From the NCBI RefSeq assembly GCF_004010195.1, contig NC_057719.1, positions 19,874,623-19,920,800 of the forward strand: a stretch of 46,178 nucleotides of DNA, read 5' to 3'. Positions 12,732 through 23,369 of the stretch are shown here, in pieces. The translations under genes and the position numbers were made by a program. This DNA is from Chiloscyllium plagiosum. Lineage: Eukaryota. Under the pieces are notes generated by a model that was not told where the DNA came from, did not search any database, and worked only from the letters and a program-made list of their open reading frames with translations. Numbering within the stretch: the stretch's first letter is position 1; each line of letters begins with the position of its first letter.

Positions 12732-13606
12732 GAGAGGCAGGAAGCCTCCAGAGTGGAGAGTAAATGGGGGGGCTGCTGGGGAGAAGGTAGCATAAAGTAC
12801 AATAGGTGAATGGGGGTGGAGATGGAGGTGATAGGTCAGAGGGGAAGGGTGGAGCAGATAGTTGGGAAGGGAGATTGGCAGGTAGGACAGGTCATGGGGA
12901 CAGTGCTGAGCTGGAAGGTTGGAACTGGGGTAAGGTGGGGGAAGGGGAAAAGAGGAAACTGGTGAAGTCCACATTGATGCCCTGGGGTTGAAGGGTTCTG
13001 AGGCGGAAGATGAGACGTTCTTCGTCCAGGCGTTGTGTGGTGAGGGAGCGGCGGTGGATGAGGCCCAAGACCTGCATGTCCTCGGCAGAGTGGGAGTTGG
13101 GCCACGGGGCGGTGGGGTTGATTGGTGCGGGTGTCCCGGAGATGTTCCCTAGAGCGTTCTGCTAGGAGGCGTCCAGTCTCCCCGATGTAGAGGAGACTGC
13201 ATTGGGAACAACGGATACAATAAATGATATTGGTGGATGTGCAGGTGAAACTTTGATGGATGTGGAAGGCTCCTTTGGGGCCTTGGATGGTGGTGAGGGA
13301 GGAGGTGTGGGTGCAGGTTTTGCAATTCCTGCAGTGGCAGGGGAGGGTGCCAGGATGGGGGGGGGGAGGGGGGGGGTGGTTTGTTGGGGGGTGTGGACCT
13401 GACCAGGTAGTCATGGAGGGAATGGTCTTTGCGGAAAGCGGAAAGGGGTGGGGAGGGAAATATATCTCTGATGGTGAGGTCCGTTTGGAGGTGGCGGAAA
13501 TGTCGACAGATGATGTGGTTAATGCGAAAGTTGGTGAGGTGGAAAGTGTCCTCCTCCCCAGGCCACCCCCCATTTATCTCTCTACTCTGGAGGCTTCCTG
13601 CCTCTA

Positions 13607-13640
13607 TTCCTGATGAAGGGCTTTTGCCCGAAACGTCGAT
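13607..13640 (+). ncRNA. Minimal hammerhead motif (family A, intact core)
   Basis: UUC-CUGAUGA-A-GGGC-UUUU-GCCC-GAAA-CG-UC^GAU. Confidence 0.87.
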
Positions 13641-13797
13641 TTTCCTGCTCCTCGGATGCTGCCTGACCAGCTGTGCTTTTCCAGCACTACTCTGACCTCA
13701 ACTCTGCTTGAACTGGATGGTGTCAAGCTTCTTGAGTATTGTTGGAGATGCACCCATCCAGGCAGGTGGTAAGTATTTCATCACATTCCTGAAGCAA

Positions 13798-13960
13798 TAA
13801 TCCTGGAAAACCCTCCCTAATGGCATCGTGGATCAACCCACAGCTAGTTGACTGCAACAGTTCAAGAAGGCAGCTCAATCCACCTTCTCAAGGGCAAGTT
13901 GGGATGGGTAATAAATGCTGGCTCTGCCAGTGACACCCACATCCCTCAAATGAGTTTTGA
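13798..13960 (+). mobile_element. 3' end of the same CR1/L2-group family as 9185-9345, opposite orientation
   Basis: ccctccctaatggcat...ttcaagaaggcagctca...aataaatgctggc aligns to the RC of 9190-9345. Confidence 0.75.
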
Positions 13961-13964
13961 AAAT

Positions 13965-14465
13965 GCTGACCAGATATCCTAAATTAATCTAATCGCATTT
14001 GTCAGCATTTGGCACATATCCTTCTAAATCCTTCTTATTCATGTGCCCATCCACCTACCTTTTAAATACTGTAATTGTACCAGCCTCTTCCACTTCTGCT
14101 GATAGCTCGTCTGTGTGAAAAATATTATCCCTTAGGTCCCTTCTAAATCTTTCTGTCTCACCCAAACCTATGCCCTTTAGTTGTGGACTCGCCTAACCTG
14201 GAAAAAAAGACTTTGGTAATTCACCCTATCCATGTCCCTCATGATTCATGAACCTCTACCAAGTCATCCCTAAACCTCTGATGCCCCAGGGAAAATAGCC
14301 CCAGCCTCCTCAACCTCTCCCTATAGTTCAAGCTCTCCAACTCTGGCAACATTCTTTTAAATCTTTTCTTAACCCTTCCAAATTTAATAACATTTTTCTC
14401 AAAGCAGCAAGAACAGAAGTGAATGCAATATTCCAAAAGTGGTTGAACCAATGTCCTGTACAATG
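13965..14465 (-). mobile_element. CR1 3' fragment
   Basis: LYRTLVQPLLEYCIHFCS...RLRRLGLFSL. Confidence 0.88.
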
Positions 14466-14626
14466 ACCTCATTTGAGTCCAAATGAGTCCTCATTTGAGA
14501 CCTTGCCTGCACTACCCCATACTTTGGGTCTGTGTTAACATGATCTTACATTACAAATCTGCAACCTATGTGAAGTGTCAAGGTCTGAATCAAGGACTGC
14601 GAGGTTCAGAGCAGCATGCTTCATTT

Positions 14627-14666
14627 TCAGATGTTTCGTTACCATACTAGGTAACATCTTCAGTCA
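14627..14666 (-). ncRNA. Minimal hammerhead motif (family E, intact core)
   Basis: RC UGA-CUGAAGA-U-GUUACC-UAGUAU-GGUAAC-GAAA-CA-UC^UGA. Confidence 0.8.
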
Positions 14667-14693
14667 GCCTCTGGACTGGCTTCATCTGGAGGC

Positions 14694-14733
14694 TCACTGA
14701 AAATGTTACCTAGTATGGTGACGAAACATCTGA
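14694..14733 (+). ncRNA. Minimal hammerhead motif (family E, G8 mutated)
   Basis: UCA-CUGAAAA-U-GUUACC-UAGUAU-GGUGAC-GAAA-CA-UC^UGA; stem I UCA/UGA. Confidence 0.7.
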
Positions 14734-17198
14734 AAATGAACCTTGCAGCTCAGCGACCAAACCTACATCCAGAGCCTCAGCCTGAGCTACAAACTTTCTT
14801 AAAACTTGCTAGGTTCAGTTCAATTAATGTGGTCACTTCATAAACCCTGTGCTGTTGTTTTCTTTCCTCCCAATGGCTGCACTGATGGGGCAGTTGGCAG
14901 TTTTGGGATATCTGAAAACAAGAAATCAGCAGAGGAAGCTTGATGTGAGAGAATTCTGGTGAGGTGGGTAGCTAGTGGTTCATGAACACGCCATCAGAAT
15001 AGGTCAAATATCAGATTGATAGTGAGCTGGGCATTAAGAGGCAAATAACAAGAACAAAACATCATCCTCAATGTTATTCATGATGTTGGACATGATGGGA
15101 CCATAAAAGTGCTCCCATAACGTGAACAACCATTTCCTCTGTAGTGCTCAGGAATTATAGGTATCCTTGTCTTCTGTCAGTCTTGCTGTGCTCTCCTCTA
15201 TTGTAGCCAAACTTGTCTTACCAGAGACCAAACAGGATGTCTGTAGTTGGACAGCTCTCTGTTTGGTGAAGGGGTCTGCCATTACCGAATAGCTGGAAAT
15301 GTGTGGAGGCAGTGAGAAATGGGTGTGAGGCTTGTATCATTGCAGGTGTATGTGAGGGTGAAGTGGCATAGCTGGATAGTCCTGAGTACCACGGAATGCA
15401 ACTGGGTGAGTGATGGGGGTGTGCTAGATTGATTTAGTGCGGCAGGTTGATGACGCAGTGGATGGAAAATGTCAGGTGAGAATTGATTTTCCAATGTTGA
15501 TCACTTATGTATAATAAAAAAACTTATTGTGGCACCGCTGCCAGGTTCTCAGTTGATGCCAATGGTCACCTGCTCTCACACCCTCCCAATAGTGGAGTTT
15601 CAGAGCCTCTTCATTAACCATAGTGTTACGCCTCACTGGGGGAGCACATTCAAATTCAAGTCTCATTTTTCCCAGAGTCATCACAAATGTTTGAAAAAAC
15701 TCAATGAAAGCAAAGATCTCAATGTACCTGCCCATTAGACTGAGGCTTACCAAAAACACAAACCAGGGGATTTTGTACTGAACTAGAACTATTCTGTATT
15801 ACACATTAGTAAATTCTAATCATAAGTAAACAACCACAAACTATCAACATATGGCTCTACTAGTTTCAAATCTAACCCCCTGCTAAAACTACACATGGAC
15901 AAACCACCACACACACATACAGACTAGAGACAAATAAAAATTTTGGTTTTAATGGTGGAGGGAAAAAAGGCACTGGGCTAATAGTTAAATGGCATCAATC
16001 CGCAGGGTTCACTGAGAAGGTATTTTTGCTTGCCAGCATATTCTGTTTTTTAAGCTCTTTTCTCCAAGTTCTTTTCACTTTTCTGAAAAGGCATAGACAA
16101 TTGGTTCACTAACTATCTTGCTTAAAGGCCTGAGATTACAGCGACTAGTGGGAAAGACCTACTAGCTTTCTTCAAACTTCAGGTGTTTTATTTTCTGGAG
16201 ATCTCAAGGTGTCTTGCTATATTGTTCACCCTTCCAAGTTGTTCAGCCATCCAGAAACCAATGAGAGACTTATCATCATGGCAATGACCTTTGACATTCA
16301 CAACTGGTCACAAATCAACAGACCAATCATCAACCTGTTGCCAGCTGAATCTTCATTTTGTAAACACACACCCAAATCATGCAATCTCCTTTTATACCTG
16401 CCCTGCTAGTTATAAAGCAACAGTGTGAACATGACTCACAATGAGTTTCAATAATTTTTTTAAAAATTACAGCAATTACTTTCTCAGTCCTTTGTTCTAA
16501 AACAGTGCTTTTCCCAATTTAATCCATAATCAACAGAACCGTGGCATCGACCCACTTGCCTGTGCAGCAATTGCTTCACTGCCCCATTGTAACTATGGAT
16601 CCCTCTGACTGCACTGATGTTCTCTTTGTAATAAATTACAGTGCTGAAATACTTTTTTGCAACTTTTCTTTAAAATACAGCCTGCTTTTGAAAATGACAG
16701 GTTAGTTGTATCAGAAAACAATTTCCTTGCAACGTGAGAGGTCACAGAGCATTTTGAAAAACAGACACTAATGCTCAGGTGAAGGCTATCCTCATGCAGA
16801 TGAGGTATGGTTCACAAAACTGATTTGGTCCACATCTTGATCCTCATGAATTCCAACTGCTCTCAAATCTGGTCAAATGCAAGGTCAGCCCAGTGTTTTT
16901 CCCCAACTATGTACAATAAATGGATCATCATTTATTGCTTTTAAGGATCATTTATGAAGCCTAATGATTTTTTTATTTCTATCAATTTTTCAAACTGATT
17001 TAAGTATGAACTTCTGAGTGTTTCATGAAGCGGGTTTGTTTGTTTATGGAAATTTATGGTTATTACAAGCTGTACAAGTTGGCAACTATCTACTCGAACA
17101 CTCAAATTTCTGTTTGTGCATCACAGTTGAAGCATAAATGAGGACATTAAACTCCCTGGTCTGTATTTTTGCTTGTTCACAGTGTGTGAACATAAATT

Positions 17199-17508
17199 AG
17201 ATTCCCTACAGTGTGGAAACAGGCCCCTTGGCCCAACCAGTCCACACTGACCCTCCGAAGAGCAACCCACCCAGACCCATTTCCCTCTGACTAATGCACC
17301 TAATACTATGGGCAATTTCACATGGCCAATTCACCTGATCTGCACATCTTTGTGACTGTGGGACGAAATGGGAGCACCCGGAGGAAACCCATGCAGACAC
17401 GGGGAGAAAGTGCAAACTCCACCCAGACAGTCGTCTGAGGCTGGAATCGAACCTGGGACCCTGGCGTTGTGAGGCAGCAGTGCTACCCACTGAGCCACCG
17501 TGCCACCC
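17199..17508 (-). mobile_element. Full-length HE1-type tRNA-derived SINE
   Basis: RC begins gggtggcacggtggctcagtgggtagc (A box) ... ggttcgattcc (B box); CR1-like 3' tail. Confidence 0.9.
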
Positions 17509-18169
17509 AATTGATGCTGGAAAAGACAGTCTCTGCTATCTGTTTTTATTTATTGAGTGAAGTGGGTAGTGGGCCTTCCTGCGCTACTTCAATCTTATAG
17601 TGGGAGTGCTCAATAGTGTTAGGTCATCAGTTTCAGCACTTTGATCCAGCAATGATGAAAGAATAATAATCAGAAGGGAGAACCATTAAAACCAGTAATA
17701 ATTGGAAATTAACATATTGGTCTTACTTGAACTCTAAGTGATACGTGCTAGACTAATATCCACCATTTCTACGTTTTATTATATTTTCCTTTTGCGAATA
17801 CATTTATGATGACACTTGTGTGACTTGGAGGAGAAATTGAAGTGATATCCTTACTATAGCTTTGCTGCTTCTATCCTTTTCAGTCACTGAGTTCACAGGA
17901 AAGGAGATAGCTGTCAAGTAGCAACAGTGAATGGCTTCCCTGATACCTGTAGATCATACAATCTGCAGTTAGAGCAACAATGGTCAAGAGACTGTATTTA
18001 CTTGTTGTTTGAACCATTTTGTACTAATGGTGTGAGGTTATTGCAGTTGCATCACATACCTGGCTTGAATCTTGCAGATAGTGATTGACTCTGAGGGGTG
18101 AGTAATTGAGTCATTCCCATATATGACCCAGTTTCCTTCCATCTGTGACAGTATTGAGGTGATTGATGA

Positions 18170-18330
18170 TTTAAAAATCTGAATTAAGAATCTATTGATG
18201 ATCATGAAACTATTGACAATTATTGGAGAAACTCATCTGTTTCACTAGTGTCCTTTTAGGGAAGCATCTTTACCTGGTCTGGCCTATGTGTGATTCCAGA
18301 GCCATGGTAATGTGGTTGACTCTTAACTAG
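18170..18330 (+). mobile_element. Fragment of the second SINE family (same as 27004-27353)
   Basis: catctgtttcactagtgtcctttt...cctggtctggcctatgtgtgattccaga aligns to the RC of 27095-27190. Confidence 0.65.
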
Positions 18331-18334
18331 GCCA

Positions 18335-18595
18335 TAAGTCACATGACACCAGGTCATAGTCCAATAGGTTTATTTGAAATCACAAGCTTTTGGATGAAGT
18401 GGTTTATCATTTCAGCTGCATAACACTGTAATCATTTGCTATAAATACTGTGCCTTGTGGCCCTGCTTCATAGCCACCTGATGAAGGAGCCACACTTTGA
18501 AAGCTAGCGCCTCCAAATAAACCTGGTGGACTATAACCTGGTGTTTTGTGATTTTTAACTTTGTCCATCCCAGTCCAAAACCGGCTACTCCAAAT
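18335..18595. mobile_element. PLE family C inverted pLTR remnant with degenerate hammerhead (18475-18509, +)
   Basis: Minus arm 18335-18392, plus arm with TATAAA, CAC-CUGAUGA...GAAA-GC-UA^GCG, AATAAA and tail; matches 36810-36997. Confidence 0.82.
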
Positions 18596-20158
18596 AATGA
18601 TGGTGATGACAGTATCGGACAGAGAGAGAGGCTTGCGCTTTCTCTTGATCAAGATAAAGTTCGATTAGCACTTACATAGCAAAATGTTATCTGGCTTGAT
18701 TAAACCAAGGTATAGATTTTGCAGTGGAAGACTTTATTGCTCTTTTATCTTACTTGGATAACCCATGTTAATTTAAAACCTTTTACTCACTGTGAACAAT
18801 AATGCAAATAGTCTGCTAATTATATGAAAGTATTAATTCCATCTGGTGGTTTGTAGACCCATCTCTATTAGTAGCAGGCATGAAGACACAGGTTTTGTGG
18901 CAGGCTATGCTATTTCAATGTCTATTGGTTATGCTTTTTTTTCTAAGTCCTATGTTTCTCATTAAACTGGAAACACAGTAAAATTAGTTCAATGAAAATA
19001 GCTGGCTGCAGGTCTGATTTAAAGACCAAATTGATATCGTCTTCCTATTTATTAAATGTAATGTTATGGAATTGAAGGTGAGTAGTAGCATGTGTTACAG
19101 TACTTATGGCTGACAAACCTCATCTTTATAATTAATACATTAAAAGAGGAAGATACAAGACAAGACTTTACTTGTCCCACTCATGATTGCCTTACAGGTC
19201 AGACGAATGGAGCTTAAATCTCATTAATTGGTCACGCATTCGAGAGGAAATAAGTCTTAGTGTCGCACATGTTGACACCTGCAGATGCAATTAGATTTTT
19301 GACTCCAGTATTTTTCTCTGCTCCGTGTCAGAAAATATGTCAAAATCAGCGATGTTGAGCTGCAGACCAATAAGAGCATGTCCCAGATAATTTATAGCCT
19401 TGCCTTCAGCCCTGTTGCTTGTAAATAATGCTTTATGTGAGTGTCAGTTCCTGTAATAGTAGGATCAGCGATTTATAGCAATTTGTTGTAAGGGCTTCAA
19501 ATTCCTTAATAAAGAATAAAGCTCTCTTTGGAAGGAACTCACTTATTGTTTTGTTTATCTCAATGCATTTGGTTCTGTCCAGATGTGCACAGCTAATTCC
19601 AGGAATAACACAAACACTCAAAGATGGAAAGGGTCCTTAAAACATTCCTGGAAAAATACATTGCAAGTATTATTAAATTCTGGTCTTATCATCTTACTTG
19701 TAAATTTAATATAGAAATTTAATATAGAAATAGACACCCGGACCCAAGCAACCCAACCACCCCGTGGCTCAACACTTCAACTCCCCCTCCCACTCCACCA
19801 AGGACATGCAGGTCCTTGGACTCCTCCATCGCCAGACCATAGCAACACGACAGCTGGAGGAAGAGTGCCTCATCTTCCGCCTAGGAACCCTCCTACCACA
19901 AGGGATGAACTCAGATTTCTCCAGTTTCCTCATTTCCCCTCCCCCCACCTTGCCTCAGTCCCAACCCTCGAACTCAGCACCACCTTCCTAACCTGCAATC
20001 TTCTTCCTGACCTCTCCGCCCCCACCCCCACTCCGGCCTATCACCCTCACCTTATCACCCTCACCTTAACCTCCTTCCACCTATCACATTTCCAACGCCC
20101 CTCCCCCAAGTCCCTCCTCCCTACCTTTTATCTTATCCTGCTTGGCACACTTTCCTCA

Positions 20159-20192
20159 TTCCTGAAGAAGGGCTCATGCCTGAAACGTCGAT
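20159..20192 (+). ncRNA. Minimal hammerhead motif (family A, upstream pLTR)
   Basis: UUC-CUGAAGA-A-GGGC-UCAU-GCCU-GAAA-CG-UC^GAU; the downstream copy at 23511-23544 has GAAA>AAAA. Confidence 0.82.
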
Positions 20193-20323
20193 TCTCCTGC
20201 TCCTTGGATGCTGCCTGACCTGCTGCGCTTTTCCAGCAACACATTTTCAACTCTAACCTCCAGCATCTGCAGTCCTCACTTTCTCCTAGAAGATTTTAAC
20301 CTACTGCAAATCCTCTCACAAGG

Positions 20324-23002
20324 ATGCCTTCCTTGAAGAAGCTCTCTTCCTCCCTCTACAAGGGTTTCAGTGAGTCCCTCTCTCACTGCACACCCCAGGT
20401 CATCTCCTCTGCCCAGAAGCTCTTCAGCCACGTTCTCAAACATACTCGCTACCACAGCCACATCTCCTTCCTCAGCACCTGCCTACGGAACCGACTGACC
20501 CCACACGGACTCTGGACTACGTTCAGACCAACAAAATTTGGACCCAACCAGGACAACCAGTACCTACAACAAATCCGAAGCCTCCAGCAACAGACCTCCC
20601 TCCAGATCCTCCGTTCCACGCTTGCAGCCATGCGCTGCTACCTACATTCCCTGCAATTAGCCCTACTCCAGCTCAGGACAACACTCTCACAGACCTGCAA
20701 AGGACCTCTACTGTTCTTCATCCACAGAAGAATCCATACACTAAACAAACAGTTCTTCTTAGCCATATCAGAAATTAAAGACAGTAAGTACCAAAAACTT
20801 TCATGTACTTACCCCCACACTCTGGGTTCCTCAACTGTTCCAGAATCTTCCATCGGCCTCCGGAATCACTCTAGCGCCATTAACAACGCGGCCGCTGCAG
20901 CGCCGCCGCAAACCATGACGTCACTTCCGCCCCTACCGACCATGCAGCCTCCGCGATCACTGCCCAGACAACCGCCTCCACGATCGCCAGAAAGACCATT
21001 GCCGACAGATTCGCAGGCTCCGCGGGCTCCACGGCTATCGCAAACAGCACCTTTCTGCCATCGCCACAGCCACTTCCGCCCCCTGGGTTGCCGTCGCTGC
21101 AGCCACTTCTGCCCCCAGTGACATCACTCACCTGCACAACAACCATGCCGCATGCGTCACCGCCCCCACGCCGATCTCCATCCGCACGCCTAACCCCGCC
21201 CCCACGCCGATCTCCGTTCGCACACGTAACCCCGCCCCCCCGCCGGTCTCCGTCCCCGCCCCGATTCCTGCCCCCACGCCTCACCCCGCCCCCCCTCCCA
21301 GCTCCACACTTAACCCTGGCCCCACTCCCAGCTCCAGCCCCACACCAAGTCCTAGCTCCCAGCCCTGCCGTATTTTCACCATCCCTCAAGACCTCCCCCT
21401 CTCTGAGGATGAAAGATCAGTCCTCGGCAGAGGCCTCACCTTCATTCCCCTACCTCTCTGATTAACGAGTTCAACACGGGGCGAGATATCGAACAATTCT
21501 TCCGCCGCCTTCGCCTCCGCGCCTACTTCTTCAACCAGGACTCTCGCCCACCCTCTGACGACCCCTTCTCCTGCCTCCAACACACCCCATCCACCTGGAC
21601 ACCCTGTGCTGGCCTCTTACCTGCCCTCGATCTCTTCATAGCCAACTGCCGCCGCGACATTTCCTGTCTCAACCTCTCCATCCCTCTCACCCACTCCAAC
21701 CTCTCACTCTCGGAACATGCAGCCTTCCACTCCCTCTGTTCCAACCCCAACCTCACTATCAAACCGGCAGAAAAGGGAGGCGCAGTAGTAGTTTGGTGCA
21801 CCGATCTTTACACCGCTGAGGCTAAACGCCAGCTTGCAGACACCTCCTCCTACTGACCCTTGACCATGACCCCACCTCCCACCACCAAACCATCATCTCC
21901 CAGACCATCCATAACCTCATCACCTCAAACCATCATCTCCCATCCACCGCCTCCAACCTCATAGTCCCACAACCCCGCACCGCCCGTTTCTACCTCCTGC
22001 CCAAAATCCACAAACCTGACTGGCTCGGCCAACCCATTGTCTCAGCCGGCTCCTGCCCTACTGAACTCATCTCTGCATACCTCGACACGGTCCTGTCCCC
22101 CTTAGTTCAAGAACTCGCCACCTACGTTCGGGACAACACCCACGCCCTCCACCTCCTCCATGATTTTCGCTTCCCTGGTCCCCAATGCCTTATCTTCACC
22201 ATGGACATCCAGTCCCTGTACACCTCCATCCCCCATCACGAAGGACTCAAAGCCCTCCGCTTCTTCCTTTCCCGCCGCACCAACCAGTACCCTTCCACTG
22301 AGACCCTCCTTCGACTGACTGAACTGGTCCTCACTCTGAACAACTTCTCTTTCCAATCCACCCACTTCCTCCAAACCAAAGGAGTAGCCATGGGCACCCG
22401 CATGGGCCCCAGCTATGCCTGCCTCTTCGTAGGATATGTGGAACAGTCTATGTGGCACACTGGCACCACCCCCCCACATTTTCCTCCGCTACATGGATAA
22501 CTGTATCGGCGCTGCCTCGTGCTTCCACGAGGAGGTTGAACAGTTCATCCACTTTACCAACACCTTCCACCCTGACCTCAAATTTAACTGGACCATCTCA
22601 GACTCCTCCCTCCCCTTCCTAGACCTCTCCATTTCTATCTCGGGCGACCGAATCAACACGGACATTTACTATAAACAAAGCGACTCCTACAGCTACCTAG
22701 ATTACACCTCCTCCCACCCTACCCACTGTAAAAATGCCATCCCATATTCCCAATTCCTTCGTCTCCGCCGCATCTGCTCCCAGGAGGACCAGTTCCAATA
22801 CCGAACAATCCAGATGGCCTCCTTCTTCAAAGACCGCAATTTCCCCTCAGATGTGGTCGACGATGCTCTCCACCGCATCTCCTCCACTTCCCGCTCCTCC
22901 ACCCTTGTGCCACACCCCTCCAATTGCCACCAGGACAGAACCCCACTGGTCCTCACCTATCACCCCACCAACCTCCATATACATCGTATCATCCATTGTC
23001 AT
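20324..23002 (+). pseudogene. Disrupted PLE polyprotein (N-terminal domain, low-complexity linker, Penelope-type RT; endonuclease lost in the gap)
   Basis: HISFLSTCLRNRLTPHGL; LSEDERSVLGRGLTFIP; IKPAEKGGAVVVW; YLLPKIHK; FTMDIQSLYTSIPH; QTKGVAMGTRMGPSYACLFVG; catalytic motif degraded to YMDN; LPFLDL; stops and frameshifts. Confidence 0.9.
21150..21300 (+). repeat. ~36-bp GC-rich tandem repeat in the PLE linker
   Basis: Three copies of (a/c)ccgccccc(a/c)cgccg(a/g)tctcc(a/g)t. Confidence 0.75.
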
Positions 23003-23369
23003 NNNNNNNNNNNNNNNNNNNNNNNNNNNNNNNNNNNNNNNNNNNNNNNNNNNNNNNNNNNNNNNNNNNNNNNNNNNNNNNNNNNNNNNNNNNNNNNNNN
23101 NNNNNNNNNNNNNNNNNNNNNNNNNNNNNNNNNNNNNNNNNNNNNNNNNNNNNNNNNNNNNNNNNNNNNNNNNNNNNNNNNNNNNNNNNNNNNNNNNNNN
23201 NNNNNNNNNNNNNNNNNNNNNNNNNNNNNNNNNNNNNNNNNNNNNNNNNNNNNNNNNNNNNNNNNNNNNNNNNNNNNNNNNNNNNNNNNNNNNNNNNNNN
23301 NNNNNNNNNNNNNNNNNNNNNNNNNNNNNNNNNNNNNNNNNNNNNNNNNNNNNNNNNNNNNNNNNNNNN
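23003..23369. other. Assembly gap
   Basis: Run of N. Confidence 1.

Larger units (their letters stand above)
9617..13704 (-). mobile_element. Near full-length decayed Neptune-like PLE: inverted pLTR (13548-13704, +), partial-tandem upstream copy (12598-13547), ORF, and 3' pLTR with tail; 15-bp TSD
   Basis: TSD tgcttgagctggatg (9602-9616) / tgcttgaactggatg (13705-13719); RT motifs LLPKIHK..GRPIVS and FTMDIPSLY; GIY-YIG region present twice; three hammerheads. Confidence 0.93.
14610..14806. mobile_element. ~200-bp palindromic PLE family E remnant made of two divergent hammerheads plus a tail
   Basis: 14621-14670 is the near-perfect RC of 14688-14739; tail gagctacaaa..aaacttg resembles the family D tail; probable TSD tgcgaggttcag (14598-14609) / tgctaggttcag (14807-14818). 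Confidence 0.8.

Noticed and set aside
9667..13695. Many Gly/Val/Trp-rich plus-strand ORFs
   Set aside because: Antisense shadows of the C-rich PLE coding strand.
15505..16430. Possible solo LTR-like segment (similar style at 34080-34750)
   Set aside because: No defined TG..CA ends, TSD, PBS or convincing alignment.
17440..17508. tRNA-like A and B boxes (also 24700, 34760, 38070)
   Set aside because: Heads of HE1-type SINEs, not tRNA genes.
19150..19470. Enhancer/CNE-like unique sequence (also 43840-44070)
   Set aside because: Impression only; needs cross-species alignment.
21088..21465. PPPRRSP repeats resembling an SR protein or hepadnavirus core tail
   Set aside because: Off-frame reading of the PLE linker; the frame continuous with CRIFTIP..LSEDERSVL is the T/P/A-rich one.
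20324..23002. Selenocysteine recoding or a domesticated RT gene
   Set aside because: Scattered stops and frameshifts, catalytic YMDN and no SECIS seen; consistent with neutral decay.
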